A stretch of 62,410 nucleotides of DNA, the filler included. It is 7 parts of 7 records of this genome, joined end to end, with 100 filler letters (N's around TTAATTAATTAA, not from the genome) between each part and the next. Parts side by side here need not be neighbours in the genome. Positions count along the whole stretch, not along the records: positions 17,129 to 24,711 come from SRR31147125_23523; positions 24,812 to 38,941 come from SRR31147125_23532; 5 more parts are not named here. One strand, given 5' to 3'. The position numbers and the translations under genes were made by a program. Positions 20,501 through 30,883 of the stretch are shown one piece after another. Within the stretch, counting starts at the first letter, position 1; each line of letters begins with the position of its first letter. The notes beneath the pieces are model-generated. The model was not told the origin of the DNA, did no database searches, and worked only from the letters and a program-made list of their open reading frames with translations.

Positions 20501-22849
20501 GTTTGGGGAAATAAACTGCATTCCAGCAGGTTTTTCGATTATCGAATATGTAAGTGGATCATTGCTTCCACCAGGATCTTTTGGATTTGGCTGGAATGTG
20601 AACTTTGATCCTTCGTACACAGTTCTGTCATTTGTGTTTGCCTGAAATTCCGGAGCTTTGTTTTTGACAGGAACCTGCATAACGGCAAAATAGGGGCTTC
20701 CTTCCTTGCACAAATCCTCAAGAGTTGCATCGGCATCCCTGACAGGATCATCATTTTCGACATCTCCATCAACTTCAGTGAAAACTGCATCGTTATCAAT
20801 TATACAAAGTGCGACTTTAGGATGCTCGACAGTAGGTCCATCAGGATATGAGCGAGTCAAAGTTCCTTTTCCTCTGGGACAGGGATTTTCATAATCACAA
20901 GAAATCCAAGGAGCTCTGGAGCATCTGTTTACATCACATGTTGAAGTTATTTCGTAATGATCGCCGTTGAAGGTTCCATTATAATCTTCATCCCAACTGA
21001 TGATAACGAATCTGTCATCCGGCCCAATCTGTGTTCCCTGTGACGAAAACGTGATATCATCGCCTTCAAATACAGGCAATTCTTTATCGGCAGTAATTAT
21101 AGCTGTCGGAGCTTTATCAGTAATTACAATTTTATGGCTAATAACCGATGAAAAACCATCATCGTCAGTTATCCGAACTGCTATATAAGCATCCTGAGGT
21201 GTATTCCATTCTTTTTCTGCCGGTTCTGTACCGGTTGCATCAGGAGGATCTGCAAAATTGCTTGGATTGTTTGGATCATAATCCAGATCCCATTCGATTG
21301 TCGTAATTGGATCGACATTTTGACTAGTATCGCTAGCAGTAAACGATCCTTTCTCTCCTTCTTGCAAAGTGTCAGGTCCTGAAATATAGGCTTGCGGTTT
21401 TACCTCTGTGATAGTGATATCCGCCGGAACGATTTCTTCAGATGGAAAATCACCCAATGGATCATCATCATCATCGGAAACTCTTAGCGCAATATTTAAA
21501 ACAGTAGCATCTTCAAATTCAGCTTTTGTCCAGAACAATGTCGGCTTGACTGTCGAAGTAAAGGTATTGGTTTCCTCGCGGAAGTTTCCACTGACATATG
21601 TCCAATCCCATTGATATCGAACACTTACTCCTTGAACGGCACCTGGATTTGTTGTCGATGCACTAGCATCGAATTCGATCATATCGCCTTCTTTGATTGT
21701 ATACGGCTTGGTAATCTCCGAAACTCTCTGATCTGAAGAATCCAACAACCAGAGCTTCAAGTCAGCCACAGGGAGAACGTTTGCTGGTGATACCCCACCA
21801 ATGATTTCACGAATAACATGGCAATCTGAATTTGCTTCAAGGTCATAATCGCCATCAAGAGCTTCTGTTAGCTGAACTGTTCTAAGAGCAACTCTAAAAG
21901 GAACATCTGTGGATTGATTAGGTGTCGTATCGGGAAAAGCGTAGTCTACATCTTTTCCTGTTGCCATTGGATTAAATGTTTCTTCGTCACCGGAATAATT
22001 GAAATCCCATTCAAAAATGATATTTTCGGCATTTGCAGGAAAAAGGTCTTTAGCCGAGAAAAATGTTTGAGATCCCTCAATTGCCTGATTGTTTTGATTT
22101 GGAACCGCTGATGGACATTCAGGAATGACATGGACTATCATCGATTTATAATCGTAATTGCCTTCAGCAGGAACCTGCCCATCGAGAACATCATCATCAA
22201 GAACCCTTAAACCTATTCTGTAATCACCAAGCGTATCCCACACATGTGGTCTGGTGTCATAAGTATAATTTGCTTCCGCAGGAACAAAAGGTTCGCTCTC
22301 TTTCCAATCCCAATCCCAGGCATATTCATCAATACCTTTACCGGATGCCGGAGAATGATCAATTGAATCGACTCCGTAAAAAGTATAGATCTTATTTACA
22401 TAAACATAGATTTCTTCTGATTGATCTACACCCTGATAATCTGTTCCATAAAGCTCGGCTTTCGGTTTTTTGTTATTTATCGTAACGTAGATTTCATCAT
22501 AGGCATGAGAATTGTTGTTGTATCTAATGTCCAGAAGAACTGTAAAAACACCTGTTTTTTTAAAGGTATGATTGATATTTTGGGTCAAGGTGCCTGTTGT
22601 TCCAGTTTGACTATCACCAAAATCCCACGAAATGGAATGGATGGTTGTGTTACTACTGGTAGTGTCGGAACCTTCCGCATCGAATGCCAGGGCTACTCCC
22701 TCATCACCACCGCAAGGATCGCTAAGGCAATTCAATTTTGCTGTAGCTCCAAATGCTTCAGCCGAAAAAAGCAGTAAAAACATCAATAAAACGAACTGTG
22801 TCTTTTTTATCAACTTGCTTGAATCAATATTATTAAGAATGCGATTCAT
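17543..22849 (-). CDS. 1768-aa surface protein: PKD/Ig-like repeats, Asp/Cys-rich metal-binding repeats, C-terminal GGC-TM-basic sorting signal (MYXO-CTERM-like)
   Basis: Signal peptide; 'WDFGD', repeated 'LDGS.S.D.DG..L.Y.W.Q..G'; 'DNDGDGY...DCND'; tail GGGGGGCTQSNHINLYILLAMIFACALVAKRKRRKRI. Confidence 0.85.
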   Translation of the reverse strand: MNRILNNIDSSKLIKKTQFVLLMFLLLFSAEAFGATAKLNCLSDPCGGDEGVALAFDAEGSDTTSSNTTIHSISWDFGDSQTGTTGTLTQNINHTFKKTGVFTVLLDIRYNNNSHAYDEIYVTINNKKPKAELYGTDYQGVDQSEEIYVYVNKIYTFYGVDSIDHSPASGKGIDEYAWDWDWKESEPFVPAEANYTYDTRPHVWDTLGDYRIGLRVLDDDVLDGQVPAEGNYDYKSMIVHVIPECPSAVPNQNNQAIEGSQTFFSAKDLFPANAENIIFEWDFNYSGDEETFNPMATGKDVDYAFPDTTPNQSTDVPFRVALRTVQLTEALDGDYDLEANSDCHVIREIIGGVSPANVLPVADLKLWLLDSSDQRVSEITKPYTIKEGDMIEFDASASTTNPGAVQGVSVRYQWDWTYVSGNFREETNTFTSTVKPTLFWTKAEFEDATVLNIALRVSDDDDDPLGDFPSEEIVPADITITEVKPQAYISGPDTLQEGEKGSFTASDTSQNVDPITTIEWDLDYDPNNPSNFADPPDATGTEPAEKEWNTPQDAYIAVRITDDDGFSSVISHKIVITDKAPTAIITADKELPVFEGDDITFSSQGTQIGPDDRFVIISWDEDYNGTFNGDHYEITSTCDVNRCSRAPWISCDYENPCPRGKGTLTRSYPDGPTVEHPKVALCIIDNDAVFTEVDGDVENDDPVRDADATLEDLCKEGSPYFAVMQVPVKNKAPEFQANTNDRTVYEGSKFTFQPNPKDPGGSNDPLTYSIIEKPAGMQFISPNTGRLEWYPSADDVSCTPGQKQHKVSLKVEDDDGGEDTLAFYIDVLDLNDPPEIKFCDPKGVAAALSEYTTTIVGFDPDKCNKQVSYFIKNKKTGMSIGYDTGVFTWTPTEAQIGTTEVDLCVKDHADEEICCQHVIDVGDPKSMAICSAGADQTDVNPGWICQTGSVTKNPQDKELEYLWEQKGDTPEEVILENLSEYKTPPGDPAPSMCFASSAHGEFSFGLACKNEWTTGPEDTAAISILNVKPTAIVIGNRNYDVGTTVSLDATRSMDYNSNDLQDYLQFAWEDIDQALTGSPDLSASELEFTPTQFGVYNFRVTVDDQELASNPTSLKIEILDIDSKKALPYATFTPITCDSENNCSKLDTGVTAKEIMLDASASSSRINEEAVTYKWIFRDGPVAENRIGMYYNQDEEEKLFFTPPEAGKYEFSLTVKDSEDNTSNLFVDSIYIGQEKTDTLEVDMPPVASAGTNQKVNLHAPADTRLSNVNYVKVTLNGSGSLDPEGEELVYRWSQLEGVNVPLIDDATATPSFIAFHSGIYVFSLTVYDGAINGDNTLASKPSIVAISVAPEGNAAPSVSIANLDPYTQSLIVNPNEPVIIDASNSIDPEKTDLTYEWTQISGPAIVLSSWDKSIVSFQPDINDVTYVFRLVVRDVGGAPSLPMNINVRVLKNSNAAPVCVVKETSIATVMGLLVTLDASESFDSDEGDAVEHVWKQIEGETVTLTPTETPGVVNFKPLQTGEYKFSYVAFDGVAYCKEPKEITVTATENTPPVAQAGADAEFCFKKDQVKLDGSASTDVDGHEITYEWSVEEGTAFTVADFSDTTVAKPEIDAISSGRVKVKLVVNDGFTDSDPDYVWIEVQTCIEKDCKDNDGDGYYVGSDCTTEKEDCNDDDATVPDPNPCEDCIDNDADGYGVGADCTGKQDCDDNDPMKNPGDGTCGGVVGPDVDDDGGGGGCTQSNHINLYILLAMIFACALVAKRKRRKRI

Positions 22850-22939
22850 AAGGCGAACTCCTCATGTTGTTATTTCGATAAACTTTCGTAATTTTAATAG
22901 CTTGGGCGAGTCAAAACACACATGCTATTTAGACCATTT

Positions 22940-22968
22940 ATAATACTCCTTTGTTCAATCGAAGTCAA
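22940..22968 (-). promoter_or_regulatory. Sigma70-type promoter for the PKD protein gene
   Basis: TTGACT-17 nt-TATTAT on minus strand about 90 nt upstream of the ATG. Confidence 0.55.
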
Positions 22969-23257
22969 AAAAGCTGGAACAACCTGACCGATTGAATCGA
23001 AAAATCTCCCATATTTTCAAAGAAACTCACTGTTTTTGATATTTACATATTAGCAATTTAACGAAATCCTAACAAACTAGGGTTGCAATTGATCTTGCTC
23101 CTGTGTATTTATATAGCATTCTGATATTTCACATAGGGTAATGATTGGGAATCTGTGGAATACTCAGATTTTGTGATTGCTTGAATTTTTATATTTTGTA
23201 CAGATTTATCCATTTTTCAGCTAAAATTTGGCTTCTGTACTAATCATGGGGAGTTAT

Positions 23258-24682
23258 ATGCTTTTTCATAAAAACATTGTAATTTCAGTGTGTTACATTG
23301 CTTTTGTTTTGTCTTTTTTCTCTACTTCCACTCTTTTTGCAGAGGAAATAGCAGACGCTACAAACAGCGATAAACAGCAGGAAAATCCATCAAAAATGGA
23401 GGATCTTGAGAAAAGAATTGCTGATTTAGAAGCAAAATTAGCTGCAAAAAATGGTAATGAAGTACCTAAGAATGTTCCAGACAAGGATGAAAAAGATACT
23501 AAAAAAGTACAAACAAATGCTGCAAAATGGACACAATTCATTAAGCCCGATTTGAAGGCATTTTTGTATTACAAACTTGATGCTACAGATATAAATGAAC
23601 TATCAAATGAATTTGGAGTGGCAAGAGCTTATTTTGGTGCAAAAATCAAACCTATCAATCATCTGATGTTCAGACTCACTTTCGATGCCAAAGCAAGAAT
23701 CAAAACAGCAAAATCCGGAGACGATGATCCACAAGTGGTTGATGTTACAAATTCAAGTGGAAAAGTGATAGGAACAGCAGAAGTTCCAACCAAAAAGCTC
23801 GAAAATTCCGAGGGTGCATATGGTGCATATCTCAAATACGCATACGCCGAAATTTATGACATTGGAGTAAAAGGTTTATATGTTCGTTTGGGACAAAGCG
23901 GCTTTATCGGTATAACTCAGATTGAAGATTTTTGGGGATATCGCTATCAGGGACCGGTGCTTCTTGATCGTGAAAAATTCATGAGCTCCACTTACATCGG
24001 ATTTTCACTCGGATACAAAGCTCCAAACAAAAAGCTCAATATTCAGCTTTCTGCTGTGAATGGTGAAGGCTATTCGCATCCTGAAAATCAGCGATCAAAA
24101 GATGGACATTTATCAATATTTTCAAGACCTTGGGCGGGCTCAGGCAATTTTTTTAATAGTCTTGTTTTCGGCGCAACGGCAGTCTATGGAAAATATGACG
24201 ATATTAGCGGAACAGACCGTCGCGTAAGAGCCGGTGGAGTGTTTGGTTTTTCTGAAAAATTGTACTGCTTGTTTACAGAACTTGATTTCGTTCAAGATCC
24301 CACTTCTGAGGCAAATTCGAGAGCTGCCAAAGTTGCCGGTGTAGATGATACCGGGTTGGCATTAAGTTCTGATGAAATCACCAGCGGTTTTGTAACTGCT
24401 GTTTACGGATGGATTGATTTCGGGTTATTCTCTAATGTTATCAAAGGCTTACGTATTGTCGGTCGCTACGATCATGTCAATGCAAGTATTGATTTTGCAG
24501 ACGATGAACATGACCGTTTCATGATCGGAGCGGGTTATGTTTTCAACAAGCATTTCGAGTTCCTGCTTAACTATGAAACAACAATCTTTGGTGACAAAGC
24601 AGGATATGACAGCGATAAAAAAGCCTATTTCAAGCCGGATACAGACAAGATGATCTACTTGCATGTGCAAGCTAAGCTCTGA
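23258..24682 (+). CDS. Outer-membrane porin-like beta-barrel protein with N-terminal coiled coil
   Basis: Signal peptide; 'MEDLEKRIADLEAKL' coil; 'FGVARAYFG', 'YLKYAY', 'VNGEG', 'RYD'; amphipathic terminal strand 'IYLHVQAKL'. Confidence 0.7.
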   Translation: MLFHKNIVISVCYIAFVLSFFSTSTLFAEEIADATNSDKQQENPSKMEDLEKRIADLEAKLAAKNGNEVPKNVPDKDEKDTKKVQTNAAKWTQFIKPDLKAFLYYKLDATDINELSNEFGVARAYFGAKIKPINHLMFRLTFDAKARIKTAKSGDDDPQVVDVTNSSGKVIGTAEVPTKKLENSEGAYGAYLKYAYAEIYDIGVKGLYVRLGQSGFIGITQIEDFWGYRYQGPVLLDREKFMSSTYIGFSLGYKAPNKKLNIQLSAVNGEGYSHPENQRSKDGHLSIFSRPWAGSGNFFNSLVFGATAVYGKYDDISGTDRRVRAGGVFGFSEKLYCLFTELDFVQDPTSEANSRAAKVAGVDDTGLALSSDEITSGFVTAVYGWIDFGLFSNVIKGLRIVGRYDHVNASIDFADDEHDRFMIGAGYVFNKHFEFLLNYETTIFGDKAGYDSDKKAYFKPDTDKMIYLHVQAKL

Positions 24683-24711
24683 TAATCACATAAGTTTTTC
24701 ATAAAACAAAA

Positions 24712-24811
24712 NNNNNNNNNNNNNNNNNNNNNNNNNNNNNNNNNNNNNNNNNNNNTTAATTAATTAANNNNNNNNNNNNNNNNNNNNNNNNNNNNNNNNN
24801 NNNNNNNNNNN
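24712..24811. other. Artificial contig-joining spacer
   Basis: N44-TTAATTAATTAA-N44. Confidence 0.98.
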
Positions 24812-27095
24812 CATACCCTCTGGTATAAGGCACAAGCTCATTCCAGAAGACCTTACCATTGGCATGCGCCACCGCCTTACTGGTCGTGGTATTGACATAA
24901 CCATGATCCTTAGCCTGCATAGCCAGTTCTTCTTCAGTAATACCCAGAGACTTGAGCATAGTAGCCCTTGCAGCCGGATCACCTTCATAATGCTGATCAA
25001 GCAGCATACCCATAGCCTGAGCATCAATCTTGATTTCTTCCATCATAGTAGCACGCATTCTAGCATCTGTCTCTTCTGCCTCACGCTCTGTCAGCTTCTC
25101 TTCAAACTCCAGCTGCTGCTGTACATCAAGCTGTTTTTTATACTCCATCTCTATCTCAGCATCAATAAAGTCAGAGTTCTTCTTATAATATTCAACCACA
25201 TCAGCATTCTTATCAAACATGGTTGTATAGTTCTCGAGCTTCTCAGGATCACTGACAATACTCTCCTTGAAATCTTCAAGAGTAAGATCCTTACCCTCTA
25301 CCTCAAGATTCTCACGGATATCAAAATTCTCAACTGGATTACCATCCTCATCCCTGACCTGCAGATCCGGTGCCAGTGTAAGCACCACCGACTCCTTCGC
25401 CTGCGCAGAGAGTCCTGTCTTGTCAATTTCCTCTTTGGTCTTGATTAGATTCTTTGCCCTGTTATGAGCTTCAATAACCTCACCGATTGTAGAACCGGCA
25501 ATTGAGATAGAAGTGGGAACAAAGAGAAACGGAGCAATAGCAGCCTCTTCCAGACTACCGACAAGGCCTTCTTCAATAAGCATCTTCTGAATATTCTCAG
25601 GAGACATCTTTTCTGTAAGCCCCAAGGTAAGTGCCTCGATGCCAGTACCAACCGCATTCTGCCCACCTTCTGTCAGACCTTCTGCTGCTGAATGAGTCGC
25701 AATAGCTTTACCACCACTGAGTAGAGGAGTAGCAACCGCACTAGCATCACCAGTAGCCTTGGCCACACCCTGCAGAGACTTACCAACACCACTCCACAGC
25801 TTCATAGTCCATGCTTCTCCATATGCCTCTACTCCTGCTCTACCAGCAGCCCCTATAAATGCCGGCACCGGATCGACTTCATGCCTTCTCAGCTTCTCAT
25901 AGGAGTTACCGAAAGAAGTAACAGCCACAGAAGCAATGGCAGCCCCTCCGAAACCAGTACCGTACATAACAGCCTGCCCCAGTACCTGCGCCACTGCAGT
26001 AAACATTTTATCAAAGAAAGTTGCATCCCTGAAAGCATTCCTATTCATGAAAGAACTGGTATCAATCCATTCACGCACCTCATCAGTCGCCTTACGGAAT
26101 GTCTCAGAACTTGCAATGATCTTCTCAACCCTGCCTGCCTCTTCTTCCTGAACTCTCTTTTCGAAGAATTCTGTATTCTCTTTCTTGGACTGTTCAAGCA
26201 CTGCAATTTCACTTAAGATCTGCTCATTATCCGGGTAGTCCTCCAGCTGTAACTGCAACTGCTCAATCTTGGTATCAAGCTCTATATTCTGCTCTTTCAG
26301 GAAGTTTTCCTCCTCCTGAGCCTCCAACGACAATCCCCCATTATTCAGTTCTTCAACATAGTTATCATTGGCATGCGCCACCGCATCCATAGGCGCCCAC
26401 ACACTATCTGCAGCACCTCTGGCCATACTTCCTGCCCCAACCTTGAGATGGTGCCATTTACGACCAACAAACCCAGCATAACGCTCTTTGGTAAGATCAT
26501 ATATATTATTCCAAGTCATACTCCCTGCCAGCATATCTTCTGTCGCAGTCTTAAGAATAAAGCTACCAGAATCTGCCAGCCGCCTCATCATCTCAGGTTG
26601 CTCATTCAGCATTCGGTTCGCAAGACTGTACGCATTCGCATCACGGGCAGATCCCTCTGTATATTCAAGCAGCTGCTTACCGGTCTCTTCATCGAGATAA
26701 TCAGTAACCGGAATATTCGGAGCGATAACGCCAATTTCAGCAATCCGGGTCGCAGTCTCTCTATCCACATTCTTACTGACCATAATCGCCTCAATAGGAT
26801 CACGACCTGTAAAATTATGTTCAATCTGCGGCAACGTCTGTAAATCCCTAATCAGAGAAACAGCATACGGTGCTTCATCAACATCCACCCCACCCTCATT
26901 AACAGCCAGATCAACCAGCTCCAGCGGAGTCTCCTGAGCAAGTTCATCACCGATAACCTCCTGCTCCTGCGGCATAAAGCCATAATCCACAGCCGGAGTC
27001 TGCTCAGGCTGCACAGGCTGTGATTCTGTAACTGCTGAAACACTCTCAGTTCTTTCCTCTGAATTATTCCCTGCTACCGGTACTGTCATTGCCAT
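24812..27095 (-). CDS. Large internal virion/ejection protein (gp16-like position), truncated by contig end
   Basis: More than 760 aa open to the gap; Gly/Ala-rich hydrophobic core and 'AAEGLTEGGQ' motif typical of podoviral ejection proteins; synteny. Confidence 0.65.
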
Positions 27096-27110
27096 GATAT
27101 AGTCTTTCTA

Positions 27111-29261
27111 TTATTTAGGTTTGTGTGTGAATACAGGTTTTCCGCTACTGTCCTTCTTCCATGTTGCCTCTATCACTTTTCCTGTCGGAGTGGTATAACT
27201 GTATGAACCATCTTCTGGATTGAACTTTATATTGAATTCATTGGTAGTAAGCCCACGTCTTTCAAGATCTGAGACAAGCTTTTTCTTAATATCTTCATCC
27301 TCAACATACGCCCCCTTCTTACCTTCAACGTGAGCGTTCCGGTATTCCTCAATTTTATGTCTTGACAATTTTCCATTCAGTGGAACTCTTACACTTGTAC
27401 TTTCTCTTTCATCAATTCCCAGACCAGCCTCATAGGATTCTTTATCTTGCTTCTTCCTGAGTTCGGTTACTTTATATGGGATCGTATGTACATACTCCTG
27501 CTGAACCCATAGCTTGACACTCGGCAGGTCAACCGCCCCGGTTCCATTCGCTCTGATATCAGCAATAGCCTCTTTGACAATCTCACTACGTCCCTCCGGA
27601 AGGATTTCAGCTGTTGTAAAGACCGTATCCAGTGTACTTTTATTAGCTTCCGCAGTATAAAAAGACACCGCTTCATCATTGAGTTTCCTCACAGTCTGTC
27701 GTGCTGCAGTAACCTCTTTATTCACAGTATCCCACTGATCCTGTGTAAGATATTTCAGACTCGAGTGATTGAGGTCAACCTTGGCCATCCTCTCCGGATC
27801 ACCCTTGAGACTATTCACTGTAGTAAAGACCTCATCCCCTTCTGCTGAATGCGTATTGGTCTTGATCTTATAAAGCAGATCCCCAGCCTCTTTCATCTTC
27901 TTCCTGTCATAATAAACAGTCTGCCCAGTCTGCTTATCATCATACTTTACCGGCACACGCCCTTCCCGGAGATTATTCTGAAAATGCTCTTCTGCAGCGG
28001 TATCAACCCGTGCTATTTCTTCTTTATCTGCTTCCTGCAACCTGTCAACATACGCATCGATCTTAGACTGAGCCTCAAGACCCTGCAGCCCATAATCATC
28101 CATAGCCTTCTTCTTGAGTTTCTGATCACCGCTACTTAAAGCCATATACATATCATTACCGATACTCTTGATAACCCGTTCGCCCTGCAGCTTCCGTAAC
28201 TCTTCATCAAGACTCAGAGTGATATCATGCTTTGCTGCATCATCCAGTTGATCTGCACTGAAACCAAATATTTTGTTAGCTCCGACAATATCACCTTTTT
28301 TAATATGATCAGCTATAACACTCTCAACATACTCAGATGAAGAACGTTCAGCCAGAGCATCGACATCTGTCGGATTGCCATTCTTATCTACAGAATTCAA
28401 TGAACCATTTAGAAACAATTCAGACTTTTTCAAATCAACCATGTTCTCAAGAATATTCCTCAGATCCTCACCACCATCAGTATTGATACGCCCAAGAGCC
28501 TCTTTGAACTGGTTCTCTGCTGTAGCATATGAATTGTTAATATTTGACAGATGAGTCGCAGTCTCACGCTTACGCAATTTATTATTATGAGACTTAATCG
28601 CCCTCGCCCATTCATCAGCACGGGATTTCAATTTCTTCAACTTATCTGTATCTTTCATCCCGGATGAGGCCAGCTTCTCTTTAATCCTCTGCATATCTTC
28701 AGCAAAGACAGCACGAATCTTTTCGCTCTCATCATTCGGGTTATACCCGTCAAAGGCAAACCTTCTATTCAGTCGGTCAAGCTCTGTCTCACCCTCACCT
28801 GAATCTGCAGTATACCCCGAACCGGCAATCGCATAATCACTATCAACATACCCCATAGAGAGAGGCAAGCCAACATCCCCACTTTCACTTTCCGCTTCTC
28901 CAATATCAAGATCCAGTGAACTGTTAAACAACTTCTCAACATCACTGACAGCCATAGATGACTCCCATGCAGCTTTACTATAAGCCGCCTGTTTATTTGC
29001 AAACTTTTCCGCCTGACCCTGAGCCTTCTTAGCAGCAGCTTTACGCTCATTCTCCAGCCTCTTCTGCTCTGCCTCCTGCTCATTCTTCTGCTTGGTGGCA
29101 GTACTCATCATACTACCTGAAGCACTGAGCAGTCCATTCCCCATATCAGCCATTGCTGCAGCATCCCCACCGCCAAAGGCAGCTGCGGTAGCCCCTCCAT
29201 GATACTTACTCTGCCCCATAGGCCTCGACTCCACCTTCGGCACAATTATTTTTATTGCCAT
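27111..29261 (-). CDS. Internal virion/ejection protein (gp15-like position)
   Basis: 716 aa, helical; N-terminus 'IIVPKV...ATAAAFGGG...MGNGL'; synteny after gp14-like gene. Confidence 0.6.
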   Translation of the reverse strand: MAIKIIVPKVESRPMGQSKYHGGATAAAFGGGDAAAMADMGNGLLSASGSMMSTATKQKNEQEAEQKRLENERKAAAKKAQGQAEKFANKQAAYSKAAWESSMAVSDVEKLFNSSLDLDIGEAESESGDVGLPLSMGYVDSDYAIAGSGYTADSGEGETELDRLNRRFAFDGYNPNDESEKIRAVFAEDMQRIKEKLASSGMKDTDKLKKLKSRADEWARAIKSHNNKLRKRETATHLSNINNSYATAENQFKEALGRINTDGGEDLRNILENMVDLKKSELFLNGSLNSVDKNGNPTDVDALAERSSSEYVESVIADHIKKGDIVGANKIFGFSADQLDDAAKHDITLSLDEELRKLQGERVIKSIGNDMYMALSSGDQKLKKKAMDDYGLQGLEAQSKIDAYVDRLQEADKEEIARVDTAAEEHFQNNLREGRVPVKYDDKQTGQTVYYDRKKMKEAGDLLYKIKTNTHSAEGDEVFTTVNSLKGDPERMAKVDLNHSSLKYLTQDQWDTVNKEVTAARQTVRKLNDEAVSFYTAEANKSTLDTVFTTAEILPEGRSEIVKEAIADIRANGTGAVDLPSVKLWVQQEYVHTIPYKVTELRKKQDKESYEAGLGIDERESTSVRVPLNGKLSRHKIEEYRNAHVEGKKGAYVEDEDIKKKLVSDLERRGLTTNEFNIKFNPEDGSYSYTTPTGKVIEATWKKDSSGKPVFTHKPK

Positions 29262-29273
29262 TGTTAAATCTTT

Positions 29274-29774
29274 CTAAGCAAAGAATGAAAGTGCGTTCAT
29301 ACCGACACTTGCAAAATCCCCGAATACCGAGGCAGAACTTGAAGACTGTTTACTGCTCCGGAGCATGCGTGCCTGATTGAGGTAATTTGTCCTCTGAATG
29401 TCATAATCCTCAACCTCTTTATCACCATTCTCAAGTATCTTGTAATGATCCTCAAGCTTACCACGGGCATCCTGAGTAAGAATAGTCTCTGCAGTACCAG
29501 TCAATTCCACCCCACTATTTACCAGAGTACTTACATGATCCCCCATAATTAGATTAGCATCACGGTCACTCGTTTTCGCATCTTCATAGCTACGCTCTTT
29601 AGCATCCTGAATCTGCTTTGACATCTGAGCCGCATTAAGTTCAGCAACCTGAGCGTTATACTCCTTTGCCTGATTATCTGCCTGAATGGCCTGAGACTGC
29701 GCAGAAGCTTTGGCCGCAGATCCAGCAAACCCAGTCACAACCGCCCCAACAGCCAGAGCAACAGGACTACACAT
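29274..29774 (-). CDS. Internal virion protein (T7 gp14-like)
   Basis: MC start, Ala/Gly-rich N-terminus, 'YNAQVAELNA', 'SGVELTG' motif, hydrophobic C-terminus. Confidence 0.75.
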   Translation of the reverse strand: MCSPVALAVGAVVTGFAGSAAKASAQSQAIQADNQAKEYNAQVAELNAAQMSKQIQDAKERSYEDAKTSDRDANLIMGDHVSTLVNSGVELTGTAETILTQDARGKLEDHYKILENGDKEVEDYDIQRTNYLNQARMLRSSKQSSSSASVFGDFASVGMNALSFFA

Positions 29775-29785
29775 AACCCACCCCC

Positions 29786-30256
29786 TTATTTATCACGGAC
29801 ATCCTTATAGAAATGACAAAACAGCTCCCCATTACACCCCATCGCTACCGGCTCTTCGATAGTAAAACCAAGCCACTCCAGCCATTTTTTGCTGAATGTA
29901 TTGTCATTATCAACCCAATTTTCAAGATACGGATACTCTTTCATAAGCTTTCTAAGCTCCCGCCTTGTGTGACGAGCAACAATAATAGGAGATCTTTCAA
30001 TTACATCTGTTCCCAAAAGCCATGCAAAAGACTGATCCGAAAATACCGACGGTGCCCACACACCCCAGACAACCGCAATCTCCCCGTCAATAAGGCCGGC
30101 ATACGCTTCTGTCGATCTTCGATATGCATCTATAAGCCCAAAGTGAGGCTCTTGCAAGCCATACATCTTTCTTATTTCTTCCTGATCTTCTTTGCGAAGT
30201 TTACCCCTCAATGCTCTTATATCCTTCGCAGTACACCTTCTCACTTCATATTCCAT
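29786..30256 (-). CDS. T7 gp13-like protein (GNAT-fold internal virion protein A family)
   Basis: 'LRKEDQEEI', 'AWLLGT', 'LENWVDNDNTFSKKWLEWLGFTI'; ATG 30256 overlaps the adaptor stop (TGATG). Confidence 0.8.
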   Translation of the reverse strand: MEYEVRRCTAKDIRALRGKLRKEDQEEIRKMYGLQEPHFGLIDAYRRSTEAYAGLIDGEIAVVWGVWAPSVFSDQSFAWLLGTDVIERSPIIVARHTRRELRKLMKEYPYLENWVDNDNTFSKKWLEWLGFTIEEPVAMGCNGELFCHFYKDVRDK

Positions 30257-30864
30257 CAGCAATTCCTTGCAGTTAAAAAGTCATTATAAAAATGCTCCTC
30301 TTCAAAACTTTCATTGGAGGCATTTGCCTTAGCCTCTTCTTTTGCTTCATCATATAATGACTTGCAGATTTTGATTTTATTGGTATCACCAGTTAGCTTT
30401 GTCACTATCTTCGAAGCCAGCAGATATTCAAACATCTCGACAAAACTGTCATCATATACATTAGAATCCGCTATATAAGTAACATATTCCAGCACAGCCA
30501 TGTTCTCATTAGTAAGAATGACCTTACCGGTTCTGTTATTATTAACCCGTACTGTATACTCAATCGCCCTAGCCGAACGTCCTCTTGGATTGAGAACCTT
30601 CAACGGCTTGAGGCAGTCAAACGGGTACTGATATGCATACATGAAATCAGGGTGTGGATAAAGCTCCTGCTCTGCTTCAAGCGTCAAAGCTATTGTCGCT
30701 ACGGCAAAGCCCCAAGGGTGATCCCTCAGAGCTTTACGCAGCACAGAATCATAAAATCGCTTGCAGGCTACCGCACTGGCATCTTGACCGTCATCAATAT
30801 CCGAGATTGAAGCCAGCCCTATATGCAGCAATGCCCTGTTACAGATATCCAGTTCAATTGACAT
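30256..30864 (-). CDS. Head-tail adaptor (tail tubular protein A-like)
   Basis: 'LDICNRALLHIG...ACKRFY...LRDHPWGFA...YAYQYPFDCL...F...LA'. Confidence 0.85.
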   Translation of the reverse strand: MSIELDICNRALLHIGLASISDIDDGQDASAVACKRFYDSVLRKALRDHPWGFAVATIALTLEAEQELYPHPDFMYAYQYPFDCLKPLKVLNPRGRSARAIEYTVRVNNNRTGKVILTNENMAVLEYVTYIADSNVYDDSFVEMFEYLLASKIVTKLTGDTNKIKICKSLYDEAKEEAKANASNESFEEEHFYNDFLTARNC

Positions 30865-30883
30865 TATGATTCCCCTCCCCTGT

